The notes under the pieces were generated by a model, which had not been told where the DNA came from, did not search any database, and was given only the letters and a program-made list of their open reading frames with translations. Positions 25,141 through 44,483 of a DNA stretch of 64,000 nt are shown here, one piece after another. Both the position numbers and the translations under genes were made by a program. Every line of letters begins with the position of its first letter. Position 1 is the stretch's first letter. The stretch comes from Eledone cirrhosa (taxonomy: Eukaryota): positions 338,210,001 to 338,274,000 of the forward strand of contig OZ024743.1 in assembly GCA_964016885.1 (NCBI GenBank). Reading direction: 5' to 3'.

Positions 25141-27017
25141 GTGGTTGGCATTAGGAAGGGTATCCAGCTATAGAAACCAAGCCCAAATCAGTTCTGTATG
25201 AACAAAACATGGTCACCTGACCCGACTTCCTTCAAATGGGACAACTCGTCTAACCCATGCTAGTGTGGAAAATAGACATAAAACGATGATGATGATGGGA
25301 AGTGGAGGACACTATAATATTTTAAGTGTTTAGGGTCACAAAAGGACTTAATCTGGCCCAGAATGACTACAGACCCTGATTTTATCAATTATACCTCTTT
25401 TCTTGAAAAAAAATGTTTCTGTTACAAATCATTGATTGAGCTATGAGAAACTCCACACTCCTCAGAACTAGAAAATATATCCAGTTGGATCAACACTGGT
25501 TTCCAGTGTTCCAGTTGATACAACCAACAGAACAGCCTCGTTGAAACAGTATGTATGAATGAAACCATATCACAATGCTAGCATGGAAAATAGACATTAA
25601 ATGATGAGGATAATGATTTAACACAAGATCTCAAATCAATTCACCTACTAAGCAGGTACAGTAAAAGCTGGTTTAATCTTCTTTACCTTTTTATCTAATC
25701 AAAGAGTGCTACTAGTTGCTCAAAGAATATTTACAAAAATACTGCATCCATTTTTAGATGGAAGGTTCTTTTATCATAAAGAGAGAGAAAGAGAGAGTGT
25801 GTGTGTATCATCATTTTATGTCCACTTCTCCCTGCTTGCACGGGTGGGATATATATGTGTGTGTGGTTATACATGTGCAAGTTTTTAGAATAGGTACACT
25901 GTATTCTTGCGTATAACAAGAATTGGCACCTGGAAGAGTATCCAGTTGTAAAAGATTACTTCAGGTAGCGCTTTTGTTCTGAGTATGAACATAAATAAAT
26001 AATATAATATAAGAGGGGGGAGAGAGAGAGAAAAAATTGACCACAGTACTGGACTGTTACTTTATTGACATATAAGCCTTCCAGAACCACATTTCTAATG
26101 AAATACACTCTATTTTAATCAAGAATTTTTAGGGATTTACAAAAATTAATCATTATTTGATTAGTAAGACAGTAACTTAATGTAAGGTTCTTATATAAAA
26201 TTATGTTTGAAGATTTTAATTTAAATTAGAAACCTTTAAAATGGGTGATTTTATTTCATAGAATCAGAGCTGGTTTTGGCTGGGTTGGTAAATAAAGGGT
26301 TAAAGGATGAATGGTAAAAGTTATCTTTGATGTGCTATGAACTGCAGAGTTCAGACAGCCAGAACAAATATCACAAGCCCTTCTATCTGATTGCCCTATG
26401 GCATCTGCTAATTTGTTGCTTCTGAGAATTGAAAAAGGTATGCTCGGGTCTCAAATAATAGGAGGGGTGGATCGGTAATTTTGCTAGCTTGGCTCACTTG
26501 ATTTTTTTTTAAAAACCAGAATTAGTCATTTTGTTTACATATTGAAGCCCACAACCCATCCTATTTATTTTATAACATGAGATTTCTAGTAATGTATACA
26601 GAAAATCGTCATGGGACTGCTATCACTTAAAATAAAATTTTGTCAGAGATAGATTAGCAAAATTTAATAAAGAGGATGTGTGAATAAGAGCAGGAGTTTG
26701 AAAAAATTTGGAAAATTAATGGGGGGTGGGTGTTCAATAGCTGAGAGTAGAAACATTTGTGTTGTTACTTGAGATGCTTTAGTTTTAGAAAAAACGCCAT
26801 TACTTTTCTCCCCTCACTGTCACACAAGATGACATGGGCTTGAAACCTAATATTCTAAGTTCCTTACAGGAAATAGACTCACCAGAATAAATATATATAC
26901 AGTTACAGATAAAATAACAATCTAAAGAGGAAGTTTCATCCAACATTACATATCATTGACAAAACCAGGAATATCTGATATGTCAGATCTATAAATCACT
27001 TCCAAATTTTTCAGTTG

Positions 27018-28380
27018 GTTACTTCTGTGACATAGATCTGCTAAAGTCAGAGGGGATTAGGGATCACTACTGTGAAATAGATCAGGTGTTACTTCTGTGA
27101 CATAGATCTGCTAAAGTCAGAGGGGATTAGGGATCACTACTGTGAAATAGATCAGGTGTTACTTCTGTGACATAGATCTGCTAAAGTCAGAGGGGATTAG
27201 GGATCACTACTGTGAAATAGATCAGGTGTTACTTCTGTGACATAGATCTGCTCAAGTCAGAGGGGATTAGGGATCACTACTGTGAAATAGATCAGGTGTT
27301 ACTTCTGTGACATAGATCTGCTAAAGTCAGAGGGGATTAGGGATCACTACTGTGAAATAGATCAGGTGTTACTTCTGTGACATAGATCTGCTAAAGTCAG
27401 AGGGGATTAGGGATCACTACTGTGAAATAGATCAGGTGTTACTTCTGTGACATAGATCTGCTAAAGTCAGAGGGGATTAGGGATCACTACTGTGAAATAG
27501 ATCAGGTGTTACTTCTGTGACATAGATCTGCTAAAGTCAGAGGGGATTAGGGATCACTACTGTGAAATAGATCAGGTGTTACTTCTGTGACATAGATCTG
27601 CTAAAGTCAGAGGGGATTAGGGATCACTACTGTGAAATAGATCAGGTGTTACTTCTGTGACATAGATCTGCTAAAGTCAGAGGGGATTAGGGATCACTAC
27701 TGTGAAATAGATCAGGTGTTACTTCTGTGACATAGATCTGCTAAAGTCAGAGGGGATTGAAATAGATCAGGTGTTACTTCTGTGACATAGATCTGCTAAA
27801 GTCAGAGGGGATTAGGGATCACTACTGTGAAATAGATCAGGTGTTACTTCTGTGACATAGATCTGCTAAAGTCAGAGGGGATTAGGGATCACTACTGTGA
27901 AATAGATCAGGTGTTACTTCTGTGACATAGATCTGCTAAAGTCAGAGAATATTATGGTTTATCTCTGTGACAAGACTGAAATAATCAGGAACTAATAATG
28001 TGACAAATTTGCTAATGACAGTTGATCAGGGCATATCTCTGTAACAGAGGTCTGTCAAAGATAGAGCTGGCTTATTTCTGTGACATAGATCTGCACAAGA
28101 CAGCTGATACAGACATACTTCTGTTATATAGATCCACTCAAGACTGAGCTAATCAGTGGCTGCTGATATGATATGGGTTTGATAATGACAGTTGATCAGG
28201 GATAATTCTGTGACGTAGAGCTGCTCATGGCACAGCTGGTCAAGGGTTATTTTTGTGACACAGATCTGCTCAAAACAGATCTGATCAGAGGCTTACTTCT
28301 GTGATATGGGTCTGTTAAAGACAGAGTTGATCAAAGCATACTTCTATGACACATGTCTGCTCAAGACAGTTGATCAGAGC
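27018..28380. repeat. 70-bp minisatellite (~13 near-identical copies to ~27947) grading into degenerate related shorter units
   Basis: acttctgtga recurs every 70 nt (27021, 27091, 27161...). Degenerate ctgtgacatagatctgc units continue to ~28380. Confidence 0.92.
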
Positions 28381-29359
28381 TCATTCAATGACAACAGTAA
28401 CCATAACAAAAACAAATTATTGTTACAATAAGTAACAAATAGTAATTAAATATATCAGAACCTACAGTATTTAGCTTTCATAACCCTATGTTCTGGTTTC
28501 AAACTCTGTTACAGCTGACTTTGCTTTATAACCCTGTTGAGTGAAACTACTAGACATATGATAGGCTTGATTGAAGTAATTACATACACACTACAAATTG
28601 TAGGCTGGTTTCAATTTAGAAAACCAGTAACTGAATACTTCAAAAAATAAATAGATAAGGTATGGTAAAGTACCCTTAACTTCTGATGGAGTCATAGGGA
28701 CACTGCCCTGACATATGGCGTATCTTGGGAGTATTAAACCTGGCAGAACCCATCCCTCTCCAGGTTGTAACACAGCTGTCTTCCAGAGAAAGAAAGAGAG
28801 ATAGGGAGACACAACTGAAACCAGTACTGGATTGCTACTTTATCAACCTTATGAGGATGAAAAACAAAGTTGACTTCAGCAGGATTTGAACTCAGAGCCC
28901 AGATATCTGGAGTACATGCTGAAACATGTTCAATCTGATGCCCTAACAACTCACTGCCTTCAACAAATAAATAAAATAAATTAATCAAATTGTTTCAATA
29001 ATTAAGTTAACAATTACAGTAATTAAAGCCAGGTGACATTTAAGTAGTCTTCTTAAACCTCAAACCTCTGCACCTATTAACCTACAATCTTCAACAGAAT
29101 AAAGAAAAAACAATTGTCATATTTCACCTATTTTTAAGATTCAAGACACTGAAACAGTGCAGAAATAAGATTCAATAATTTCAAGTTTCCAGTTTAGCAA
29201 ATTTTTAAATTAACAAGTAAATCTATTTCATCAGCCAGACAATTACATAGGAATCAAAGCCTACAACATTCGATGGGTAATGTTTCAGTGTGCATAAACG
29301 ACAAAGTACCAATGAGTTGAGAGAAAATGTGGGTATATGAAAATGTGCCATATTCATTT

Positions 29360-34030
<4,671 letters not shown>

Positions 34031-34031
34031 A

Positions 34032-34593
<562 letters not shown>

Positions 34594-34616
34594 CATGTAT
34601 ATATATATATATATAT

Positions 34617-34861
<245 letters not shown>

Positions 34862-34879
34862 TGTATATATATGTATATG

Positions 34880-34912
<33 letters not shown>

Positions 34913-35019
34913 GTATATATGTATATATATATGTATATATGTATATATATATGTATATATGTATATGTATATATATATATATGTATATATATATATAAAG
35001 AATGAATAATAACAGGTAG

Positions 35020-35970
35020 ACATCATAAAAAGGTAATTTATTCCGTGTGCTTACAAGTGTTTCCACGGTGGTACTGCAGCCTAGTTCCGCTACGTGCAAA
35101 TTCACAAGTATTTGCAGAACTCGAATATCCAATGCTGTGACCACTGTTTCCTCAGAGCAGAATGGTAAATGTACAATGTAAAAACCCTTAAGTGGGGTTA
35201 TTGGGGAAGATAGAGTGGAACAGGAAGAGAGAAAAGTAGGGAAGAGGGAGAGAGAAGGAAAGATATGCAGGGGTTGGAGAAGTAGGAGAGAGTGGCTTGT
35301 AGATATCTTAATCAAAATGTTATGGTAGGGGTTTTATTATACTGGTTACTTTTGGAGAGATGCGTAGATAGTTGAATTATTTATTGCCCCAGAGGTCAGG
35401 TTCATAGATGTTGAGAGGGAGGTAGGTCAAAGGTGAGAGAGAGAGAGTGTAATGGATGTAGAGAGAGATATATAGGTAGAGAGGGGACAGATAAAGTATG
35501 TGTGGTGAGTGAACTTTTGGTTTTGTAGTAGTAATCTAAGAATTGTACTGACTTACCATGTATAGTGATAAGCAGTGTATTGTCTTGTAGTGTGGGGGGA
35601 AGAGAAGGTTGTTAGCTAGAAAGTGGTGTTGTAGGTACGGGTTCGAATGTTAAGTTATTTTATAGTGAGAGAATTTAGCTTTTAGTTTGTGGTTGCAGTA
35701 TAATGATCGTTCAATTCTATCATTAAGTAGTTTGTTTTTTGGATTTTAGTATGTAAAATAGCTCAAGGTTACATAACCTGCAGTACTTCAATCCACTCCG
35801 ATATGCATCTGCGCTGGAAAGTATATCCCATTTTAAGGTGAACTGTTGGTTGTGTTCACGGAGTTGCCAGGTCTTGTTGGCGAGCGTGGTCACAAAACGG
35901 TGATTCGGATGTTTGATTGAGAATCGATGACGGTACCAGCGAGATTTAAACGATGTGGTGGTAGATCCGT
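35020..35970 (-). mobile_element. Second Penelope-like family, 3' fragment (GIY-YIG C-terminus + 3' region)
   Basis: Not in the ORF track. From 35968: [74 protein letters not shown]..(frameshift)..[14 protein letters not shown], a typical PLE endonuclease tail. Confidence 0.8.
35048..35159 (-). ncRNA. Type I hammerhead motif with a long stem II at the 3' end of the second Penelope fragment (partly degenerate)
   Basis: tgct-CTGAGGA-aacagtggt...accaccgtg-GAAA-c actt g-TA-agca. The stem II closing pair is mismatched. Confidence 0.6.
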
Positions 35971-35980
35971 ATATATATAT

Positions 35981-36021
<41 letters not shown>

Positions 36022-36037
36022 AGTGTATATATATATG

Positions 36038-36138
<101 letters not shown>

Positions 36139-36391
36139 GTTTATATATATATATATGTTTATATATATATATATATATATGTTTATATATATATATATAT
36201 AGTAGAATAATCGAGTATCGAAAAATCGGCGCAAGAGTTCACGATAAACAAAATTCGACATGAGTGGCAGAGGGCTCAATAATTCAGATAAATCAGAGCT
36301 ATAACTATCGTTAAAATACCAACACACATAGATCATGCCTAAAATCAACCATACGACCAAAAAATTACGATCCGGAAGATTATATATATAT

Positions 36392-36429
<38 letters not shown>

Positions 36430-36445
36430 ATATATATATATATGT

Positions 36446-36529
<84 letters not shown>

Positions 36530-36531
<2 letters not shown>

Positions 36532-37152
36532 ATCATCATCATCATCATCATCACCGTTTTACGTCCGTTCTTCCACGCTAGCATGGGTTAGACGGGTTGT
36601 CCTGTTGTGTGCAGTGTCTGGTCGGCTGACCATGCCTTGCTCATACAGGAACTGATCTGGCTTGATTTCTACAGCTGGATGCCCTTCCTAACACCAACCT
36701 CATTTACAGTGAGTGCTGGGTGCTTTTTCGTGGCGCCTACACGTCCACTTTACAGTGTGGGCTGGGTGCTTTTTTGCCGTGGTACCTCCACGACCACCTT
36801 GCGGTGAGGGGTGTGGGGGCATATTGTCTATATGCTTCAGCTTGTACCCATGGGGGCTCGGGTACTCTGTATTACTGCGTGACGCCAGAAGTCACAGTCG
36901 TGTGTCATTGTCTTTGAGAGGTGTAATTGGGTAAGGTCGGCTTTTATCACCTCATCCCAGGTCATCTTGGGTCTCCCCCACTCCGCGGTTTCCATCAACT
37001 TCTAGTGCTCTGCACCTTTTTATGCAGCTGTCATCCTTCATACGCATCACATGTCCATACCAGCGCAACCGCCTCTCCTGCACACAGCATTTGATTCCTC
37101 TTATGCTCAGTCTCTCTCTCAATTCATTTATGCTTTGTCGTTCACGTATATT
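36530..37152 (-). mobile_element. RTE 3' fragment
   Basis: Encodes ..[35 protein letters not shown], followed by 3' UTR and (GAT)n. Confidence 0.85.
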
Positions 37153-37153
37153 A

Positions 37154-37216
<63 letters not shown>

Positions 37217-37527
37217 TTAAGGATACTATTTATAGTTATGTATATACTAAAACTTTTTATAGTTATATATATATTAAACCCTAAACAGTGAAAGACAGTA
37301 ATTTATTACTACCTTATTACTAGTAAGATAAATAGCTCAATGTAATAACATCAGTTGTTCTACAGAGCAGTTATATAGAAATTACATGAATCAAAGTTAT
37401 GTTCAAACCATTTATTAGCTTACAATTGTTTCTTCCAACCAGACACTGCCCACAACAGGACAACCCGTCTAACCCATGCTAGCATGGAAATGTATATATA
37501 TATATATACACATATGTATATATATAT

Positions 37528-37790
37528 AACAAATGAGATCGTGTAGGTGTCACGACAAAAAAACACACAGTCCACACTGTAATGTGGCCGTGTAGGCAAC
37601 ACGGTAAAAACCTCCCAGACCCACACTGTAAATGTGGTTGGTGTTAGGAAGGGCATCCAACTGTAGAAAACCTGCCAGACAGTCCTATGCGAGCAAGACA
37701 ACCACTCTTGCCTCAAGTGGGAAAACCCCCGTCCAAACCCATGCAAGCGTGGAACACGGACGTTAAACGTTGATGATGATGATGATGATG
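37528..37790 (+). mobile_element. RTE 3' UTR fragment
   Basis: Matches 33660-34030, with a single copy of the duplicated unit. Confidence 0.85.
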
Positions 37791-37854
37791 TATATATGTA
37801 TATATATATGTGTATATATACACATATGTATATATATATATATATACACATATG

Positions 37855-37885
<31 letters not shown>

Positions 37886-38089
37886 GTATATATATATATA
37901 TATATACACATATGTATATATATATATATGTATATATGTATATATATATATATATATATACACATATGTATATATATATATCATATGTATATATATATAT
38001 ATATACACATATGTATATATATATATATATACACATATGTATATATATATATTGTTATACTTTGGGAGGGTCATGTTGCCAATAAGAAA

Positions 38090-39575
38090 CACACGCACCA
38101 GTTGCTTTCACTTCAATTTATTATATATTTATAAATTTACAAATTTATAAATTTCTGGTTGGTTGGTTGGTTCCACAACCAGATAGTTGTTTATATATAG
38201 TCATAGTTCTTTCGTCACACACTCTGTGACCTCTTCAGTAACTGGGGATTCCTTTCTTTGTTTCTGTGCCTCTCCTTTGTTCTGTCCTACGCCATTTTGT
38301 TTCTGTGTGTGTGTTGTGTGCTCAGTCTGCGCATGCGCCACATCCGGGTGTCTGTGTGTGTTTATGTTCATTTATCTATTTGTTTATTTACATGTTACTG
38401 GTTGGTTGTTTGTTCTATGTGTGTTTTCATTTTGTCCTTAATTGTAAGTTGTGATGTTGCTGTTCCACTCATATTTTCTATTTAATTTTGGTTGTAATTC
38501 TTTTATGTTTATTGCCTCTGTAATTTGTCTAAACATTGCGTCTTTTCTGTGTGTAGATTCTATTTTTATTTCTATGTTCTCTAATTTACCCTTGTGTTCT
38601 ATCTTAGCATGTTGGTAGAGTACAGATGATTCTTTATTATCTTGAAGGTCTCGCCAGTGTTCATTTATCCGTTCCCCTACACTACGAGCTGTCTCACCTA
38701 TGTACACTATATTTTTGTCTCTACATTGTCCTTCAGTACATCTTATGCTATATACTACATTTCTAGTTTTACAGTTAATATGGGGGCTTATTTTACAGGT
38801 TACACATTTCTTATCTATACATGAGGGTCTTTGAAAAGGGTATGTCTTGCTAATAAGTGTTTTTACGGAGGTACCTGGTCTTTCTACTATCTTAATATTG
38901 AGTTTATGTTTATTTAGGGCCCTTCTAAATTTGTAAGCTAGTTCACCTCTTGGGGTTGTATCGATGAACATTACACTCTGGTATTTATTGCTATCATACC
39001 ATGAGTTTATTCTATTAGCCTTGTTCCTAGTTCTTTCTATTCTATTCCAAAATTTGCTCCTATACAAGGGGCAGGTCCCATTTATGTCATTATTTACCAT
39101 TTTTTCCCATTTGGTTCTGGCTCCTCTATACACTCTGATTCTATCTCTCTGATTGTAGCCAGAGAACTGCATACAGTGGATGAAGTGTTGTATGTGTCTC
39201 TCTAGTTCTTCGGGGTTGCACATGCGGGACACATTTCTCATCACCCGTACCAAATCCGCAATCAGTATGTTGATTTTGGTATGGTCCGAAATGGCCGAGT
39301 TTCGGTGGATCAGATGTTTGGAAGTCATGGGTTTGGCATAATGGGAATGGAGGATTTGTTTTTTGTTGTTAATGGTATCTAACCAGAGCTCTGTGTCTAG
39401 TACAGGTAATCGATGGTTGGGGTGTTTACTTGGGTAGTCTATAGTAACTCTAATGCTCTGGTGGATGGAGTTTGCTATTTGCTGGATGCTTTCCATTGTG
39501 TTTTTCTCTAGTTCCTGACTGTTCTCTAGTGGGGGTGTCTTAACTACGATGTTTATATGGTCAAGGGTTATTTTT
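38090..39575 (-). mobile_element. Penelope-like element 3' portion (RT C-terminus + GIY-YIG endonuclease, ORF 38438-39496) with a terminal-repeat region
   Basis: LPVLD..YAKPM..I..NSA, CX4CX2C linker, [41 protein letters not shown]. Hammerhead motif downstream of the ORF. Confidence 0.9.
38199..38243 (-). ncRNA. Minimal type I hammerhead ribozyme motif in the Penelope 3' region
   Basis: agtta-CTGAAGA-g-gtcaca gagtg tgtgac-GAAA-gaac-TA-tgact: 5-bp stem I, 6-bp stem II, minimal stem III. Confidence 0.7.
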
Positions 39576-39697
39576 ATATGTATATATATATATACGTATG
39601 TATATATATATATATATATATGTATGTATATATATATATACGTATATATATATATATATATACGTATATATATATATATACGTATATATATATGTAT

Positions 39698-41188
39698 ATC
39701 ATCATCATCATTTTATGTCCACTTTTCCCTGCTTGTAAGGGTGGGACAGGTCTTATTCAGCACAGCATCTCTCCACTCGTCATGGTCCTTCGTCATCTCC
39801 ACCGTGAGCTTCAATGATCTGAGGTCTGTTCTCACCACCTCCGCCCATGTTTTTCGTGGTCTACCTCTACCACGTCTTCCTTCAACTGGCATTTCCTGGC
39901 ACTTCTTCACCTATCGGTCATCCTCCATGCGCATCACATGTCCATACCAGCTCAGTCTCCTCTCCCGTACACTACATTCTATCCCTCTCAGACACAGTTT
40001 CTCTCTCAACACATTTATGCTGGGTCGTTCACGCACATTTACATTGCACATCCAACGGAGCATGCTTGCCTCATTTCTCTCCAGCCGTCGCATATCCTCT
40101 GCAGTTGCTGCCCATGTCTCACTACCATGCAGCATCGCGCTCCTCACACAGGCATCATACAACCGGCCTTTCGTACGCAGGGAGAAACCCTTCTTCGTCA
40201 ACAGAGGAAGCAGCTCCCTAAACTTCTTCCAACCCGTCCTTATTCTAGATACTATGGCCTCGGAACACCCTCCTCCCATGCTATTCTGATCTCCTAGGTA
40301 CCGGAAGCTATCCACCACTTCTATAGCGCCCTCCTGCATTTGAAAAATGTGTCTATCAATGCGACTTCTACTGTCTATTTTCCCTGTACATCTACTGCAT
40401 ACATATTTCTCCCTACCTGTTAGTTTGCCTGCTATCCCGTTACATCTCTTGTGTACCCAGGATCTGCATTGTGTGCATTTTATAGAATTTATACCAGTTC
40501 CTTTTCTGCATATTGAACATGGCCATTTCCCTGACGGAATGAGGGTTTTGTCCTCTTTTCTATTCATCAACACTTTTGTCTTAGCTAGGTTCACTCTCAG
40601 TCCTCTTGCTTCCAACTGCTGTTTCCATAGCCAGAATTTATTCTCTAGCTCCTCTACTGATTCTGCTATAAGAACCAGTTCGTCAGCATAGAGAAGTTCC
40701 CATGGACAGCCAGTCTTAAACTCCTCTGTTATGACTTGGAGGACTATAATGAACAAGAGTGGGCTGAGGACCGAACCCTGATGTACTCCTACTTGTATCT
40801 GAAATTCCTCACTAAACTCCATTCCTACCCTGACTTTACTGAGAGTACCTCTGTACAAAGTTTGCACTGTCCTCACAAGCCATTCCTCAACACCTAGCTT
40901 CCTTAGGGCCCACCAGATGACAGATCGGGGTACCCTATCAAAGGCCTTCTCTAGGTCAAGAAAGGCTAAGTATAGTGGCTTATTTTTCTCTAAGAACCTC
41001 TCTTGCAATTGTCTCACCAAGAAGAGGGCATCTGTTGTACTCTTCCCAGGCACAAAACCAAACTGCATCTCATCTAGTTTGACCCTTTCTCTATAATTAG
41101 TTGTGCTAATATCCTTTCTGCCACTTTCATAACCTGATCTATCAGTTTTATACCCCTATAATTGCTCCTCTCCAGAGCATCCCCTTTA
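39698..41188 (-). mobile_element. RTE-clade LINE, second subfamily, 5'-truncated and inactive (YADE, in-frame stop)
   Basis: ORF 39911-41068 encodes RT plus a PHD-like finger; it continues in 39713-39910; (GAT)n tail. Confidence 0.9.
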
Positions 41189-42189
41189 TATATATATATA
41201 TATATACATATTCAAAATAGGGTGTGCACAGGACAAAGACAATGGAAAAAAACAACATACACATATATATCATGTCCAGTTGTTTGAGATAGTCATTTTG
41301 AATAAAGTTAAAATTATGTCCATTTTGAGCAATGCCTATTAAGCGATGTCAGTTTGAGCAAACCTGAAACTGTTTTTTTGAAGAGGCTTTAAGCAAAGTT
41401 GATAAAAATTAAAATATATGAGAAATCTACAATTCTTTTTGTACAAATAATTACACCTTCACAACGGGAAAATCAAAAAATGTTTTATATCGACACATTT
41501 TATGGTAGAAAGAACTAAAAATTCACAACATTTAAAACTGAAAAAATTAATTCTAGAAAGTATAAAAATTAAAAAAATAATATTGTAGGCAAGTTGTCTA
41601 AGATAATCTGTATATTCTAACTCTTCTAGATTCAACAATGCTTTTATTTCTTCTTTCTAAGTTCATACATTTCTGCTTCTTTATTGCAAATGTATGATAG
41701 TATATATTTCGCTTAAAATTAATCTTCGCTGAAATTAATGTTACGACAAAAAGCACCCAGCCCACACTGTAAATGTGATTGGCGTTAGGAAGGGTTTCCA
41801 GCCACCACAGAAACTAAGCCAGAAACAGTTCTGTATGAGCAAAACACAGTCACCTGACCCAACTTGCCTCAAACAGGACAACCCATCTAACCCATGCTAG
41901 CGTGCAAAAATGGACGATAATTATGATATATATAGTGCCAAGAGTTTTCAAAGAATGGATCAAGGAAAAATAAGTGTTCTATGTAATATAAATAACTTTA
42001 TCATAGCTGTGATTAGCTTTCTGTTTAAGACAGACACCACAGCTTGAGGTCCACTATCACATTATTTTCATTTTCTTTGTTTTCTTTTGACATTGTATCT
42101 GTGTTGTTTGTTCTATCACACACACATCGTACTGGCAGAATCTTTTATTTTTCTGTTGCACAATCCAGCATTTTAAAATGGTACTCTCA

Positions 42190-42490
42190 ATGAAATCGTG
42201 CAAAGCAATTTTGCTCGTTTGAGGGTGAAGATGTGTGTGTGTATAAACTTGTATATCGCTTTTCTTTATTTCCTCTTCCAGTCATTTCTATGCACCAACA
42301 CACTTTTCCTTGTCCTTCTCCTCTTTCAATCTTTTCTATATTTCATCTGCATGTAACCCACCTTGAGAATTGTCTCTCAGCTGACCACTGGCTGCTGGTC
42401 TCTGTCTTCTGAGGCATCTTTGCCCATTGCTGTCATTGACAGCATCTAGCTGTTTTAAAGGCTGCTCTAGCAATGATTTTTCTCATTTTT
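42190..42490 (-). mobile_element. Possible highly degenerate piggyBac transposase C-terminus
   Basis: Ends in EQNCFARFH*, resembling the piggyBac Cys-rich terminus. Upstream frames are broken. Confidence 0.3.
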
Positions 42491-42553
42491 ATATGTATTT
42501 AAATACACCTTCGCTTCACTTCAATCAGAGACAACATTGCTTTTTTTTTCATT

Positions 42554-42608
<55 letters not shown>

Positions 42609-43113
42609 GACTGTAACTCCCTACCATTTACACACAATGCATGTCCTATGTCAGTCCTGTTGCTACAACTTTCCAATTACAAGGTCCTAGTTTCTAACCC
42701 AATATTTGTTCCTGTAAATATGTATTTCTCCAAAGTTACTCATATTTAATCCTGTATGACATTTGTTCATAAAGGCTGAACATTTATGTAATCATATCTT
42801 AGAAATATTCTCATCTATAATCATTTCCATCAAAATCTCAGTCTTATACATATTTCATTGCAATATTTATGTTCTTATGACATTAAAGAATGTAAAACAA
42901 TCAAATGTTTAACATGTGTAGAATCACCCACTGAGTGTATTAACAATCTTGCCATTTGAAATGAGTATTTTGAAGGTCAGTAACATTTTAAAAAATGTTT
43001 GTCCTTAATTTTACTTCAAAATTTCTTGTATTATTCACAAGAAAATATGGTATTAAAGTTATTTCATTGTAAAGATAGTAACTTAATATATGGTTCTTAT
43101 GTAAAGTTGTTAT

Positions 43114-43512
43114 TTAAATAGGAACTCTTTAAAATGAGTGGTGTTGTGTCATAGAACCAGGGCCAGATTTGGCTGGGTTGGTATTAAAAGGGTTTAAATA
43201 GGAACCCTATAAAATGAGTGGTGTTGTTTCATAGAACCGGAGCCAGATTTGGTTGGGTTGGTATTAAAAGGGTTAAATAAGAACCCTTTAAAATGGGTGG
43301 TTTTGTGTCATAGAACCAGGGCCAGATTTAGCTGGGTTGGTATTAAAAGGGTTAAATACGAACCCTTTAAAATGGGTGGTTTTGTGTCATAGAACCAGGG
43401 CCTGATTTGGCTGGGTTGGTATTAAAAGGGTTAAATACGAACCCTTTAAAATGGGTGATTTTGTGTAATAGAACCAGGGCCAGATTTGGTTGGGTTGGTA
43501 TTAAAAGAGTTA
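43114..43512. repeat. ~79-bp tandem repeat (5 copies) of a TTAA/CCCT-ended DNA-element terminus
   Basis: Unit ends ggttggtattaaaagggttaa. Single-copy homologues near 26220-26302 and, inverted, at 58550-58630. Confidence 0.85.
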
Positions 43513-44450
43513 AAAAAAACAAATAAAAAACAATAGATTAAATTAAATCTTTTTTTTTTAGTGTGTTTGATGAGGGTATGAATGTGGGTATGAGAGGGAT
43601 AGGAGGAAGAGGAGAAGGAAAAAAACAAAAGGAAATATAAAAATAAGAGACTAGTTAAAGACATCCTAATAATGTACACCATAAGTTCCCTATCTTACAC
43701 ACACATACTCACTCCTACACTGCCCATCTCCTCTCAGGAAAATATTAAGCTGTAAAAAGTACACCAGTTATTGTAGCATAATAAACAATAAGTAAATTGA
43801 GCTGATGCCAAAACATACCACCACCAACAACAACACCACCACCACAGTCTTTGCTTCCACCCCACACTGCACTACACAACTCCGGCTGTCCTCACCAGCA
43901 ACACCACCACCACCACAGTCTTTGCTTCCACCCAACACCGCACTCCACCCACACCACACTACAGAATTCCACCTGTCCTCATCACCACCACCAACACCAC
44001 CACCAACACCAACACCACCACCACCACCATAGTCTTTGCTTCCACCCCACACCACTCCGCCTGTCCTCAACACCATCACGACCACCATTGCCATCAGTCT
44101 TCACCACCCCATAACATCATGCTCCCCTCCATCTCACCCATCTCACCTCCACCCTCACCACCACATGGCACCTGCACACATCATAACCACAAGGAAAGGG
44201 ACTTCCTGCTTCTTTTATTTTTTTAGGGAGCAGGGTGGTGCTGGGTGTGTAAGCCCCTCTCTCATCTATATTTTACTTCTTGTATGTAAAGGTTAGAGTT
44301 TCTCTCTCTCTCTCTATCTATCTATCTCTCTCTCTCTCTCTATCTATCTATCTCTCTCCTGCTATACTGAAGACCCATGTCATGTAACATGTAATATTGC
44401 TGTTAAACATGGGGCAGGAGTTGTTAGTTATGTATACATGTGTGTGTGTG

Positions 44451-44483
<33 letters not shown>

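Noticed and set aside
27018-27947. CRISPR-like regular array
   Set aside because: Units are identical with no unique spacers; eukaryotic context, no cas genes.
44356-44420. ctgaaga-cccatgt...acatggg hairpin resembling a hammerhead
   Set aside because: No GAAA box, stem III or cleavage site follows.
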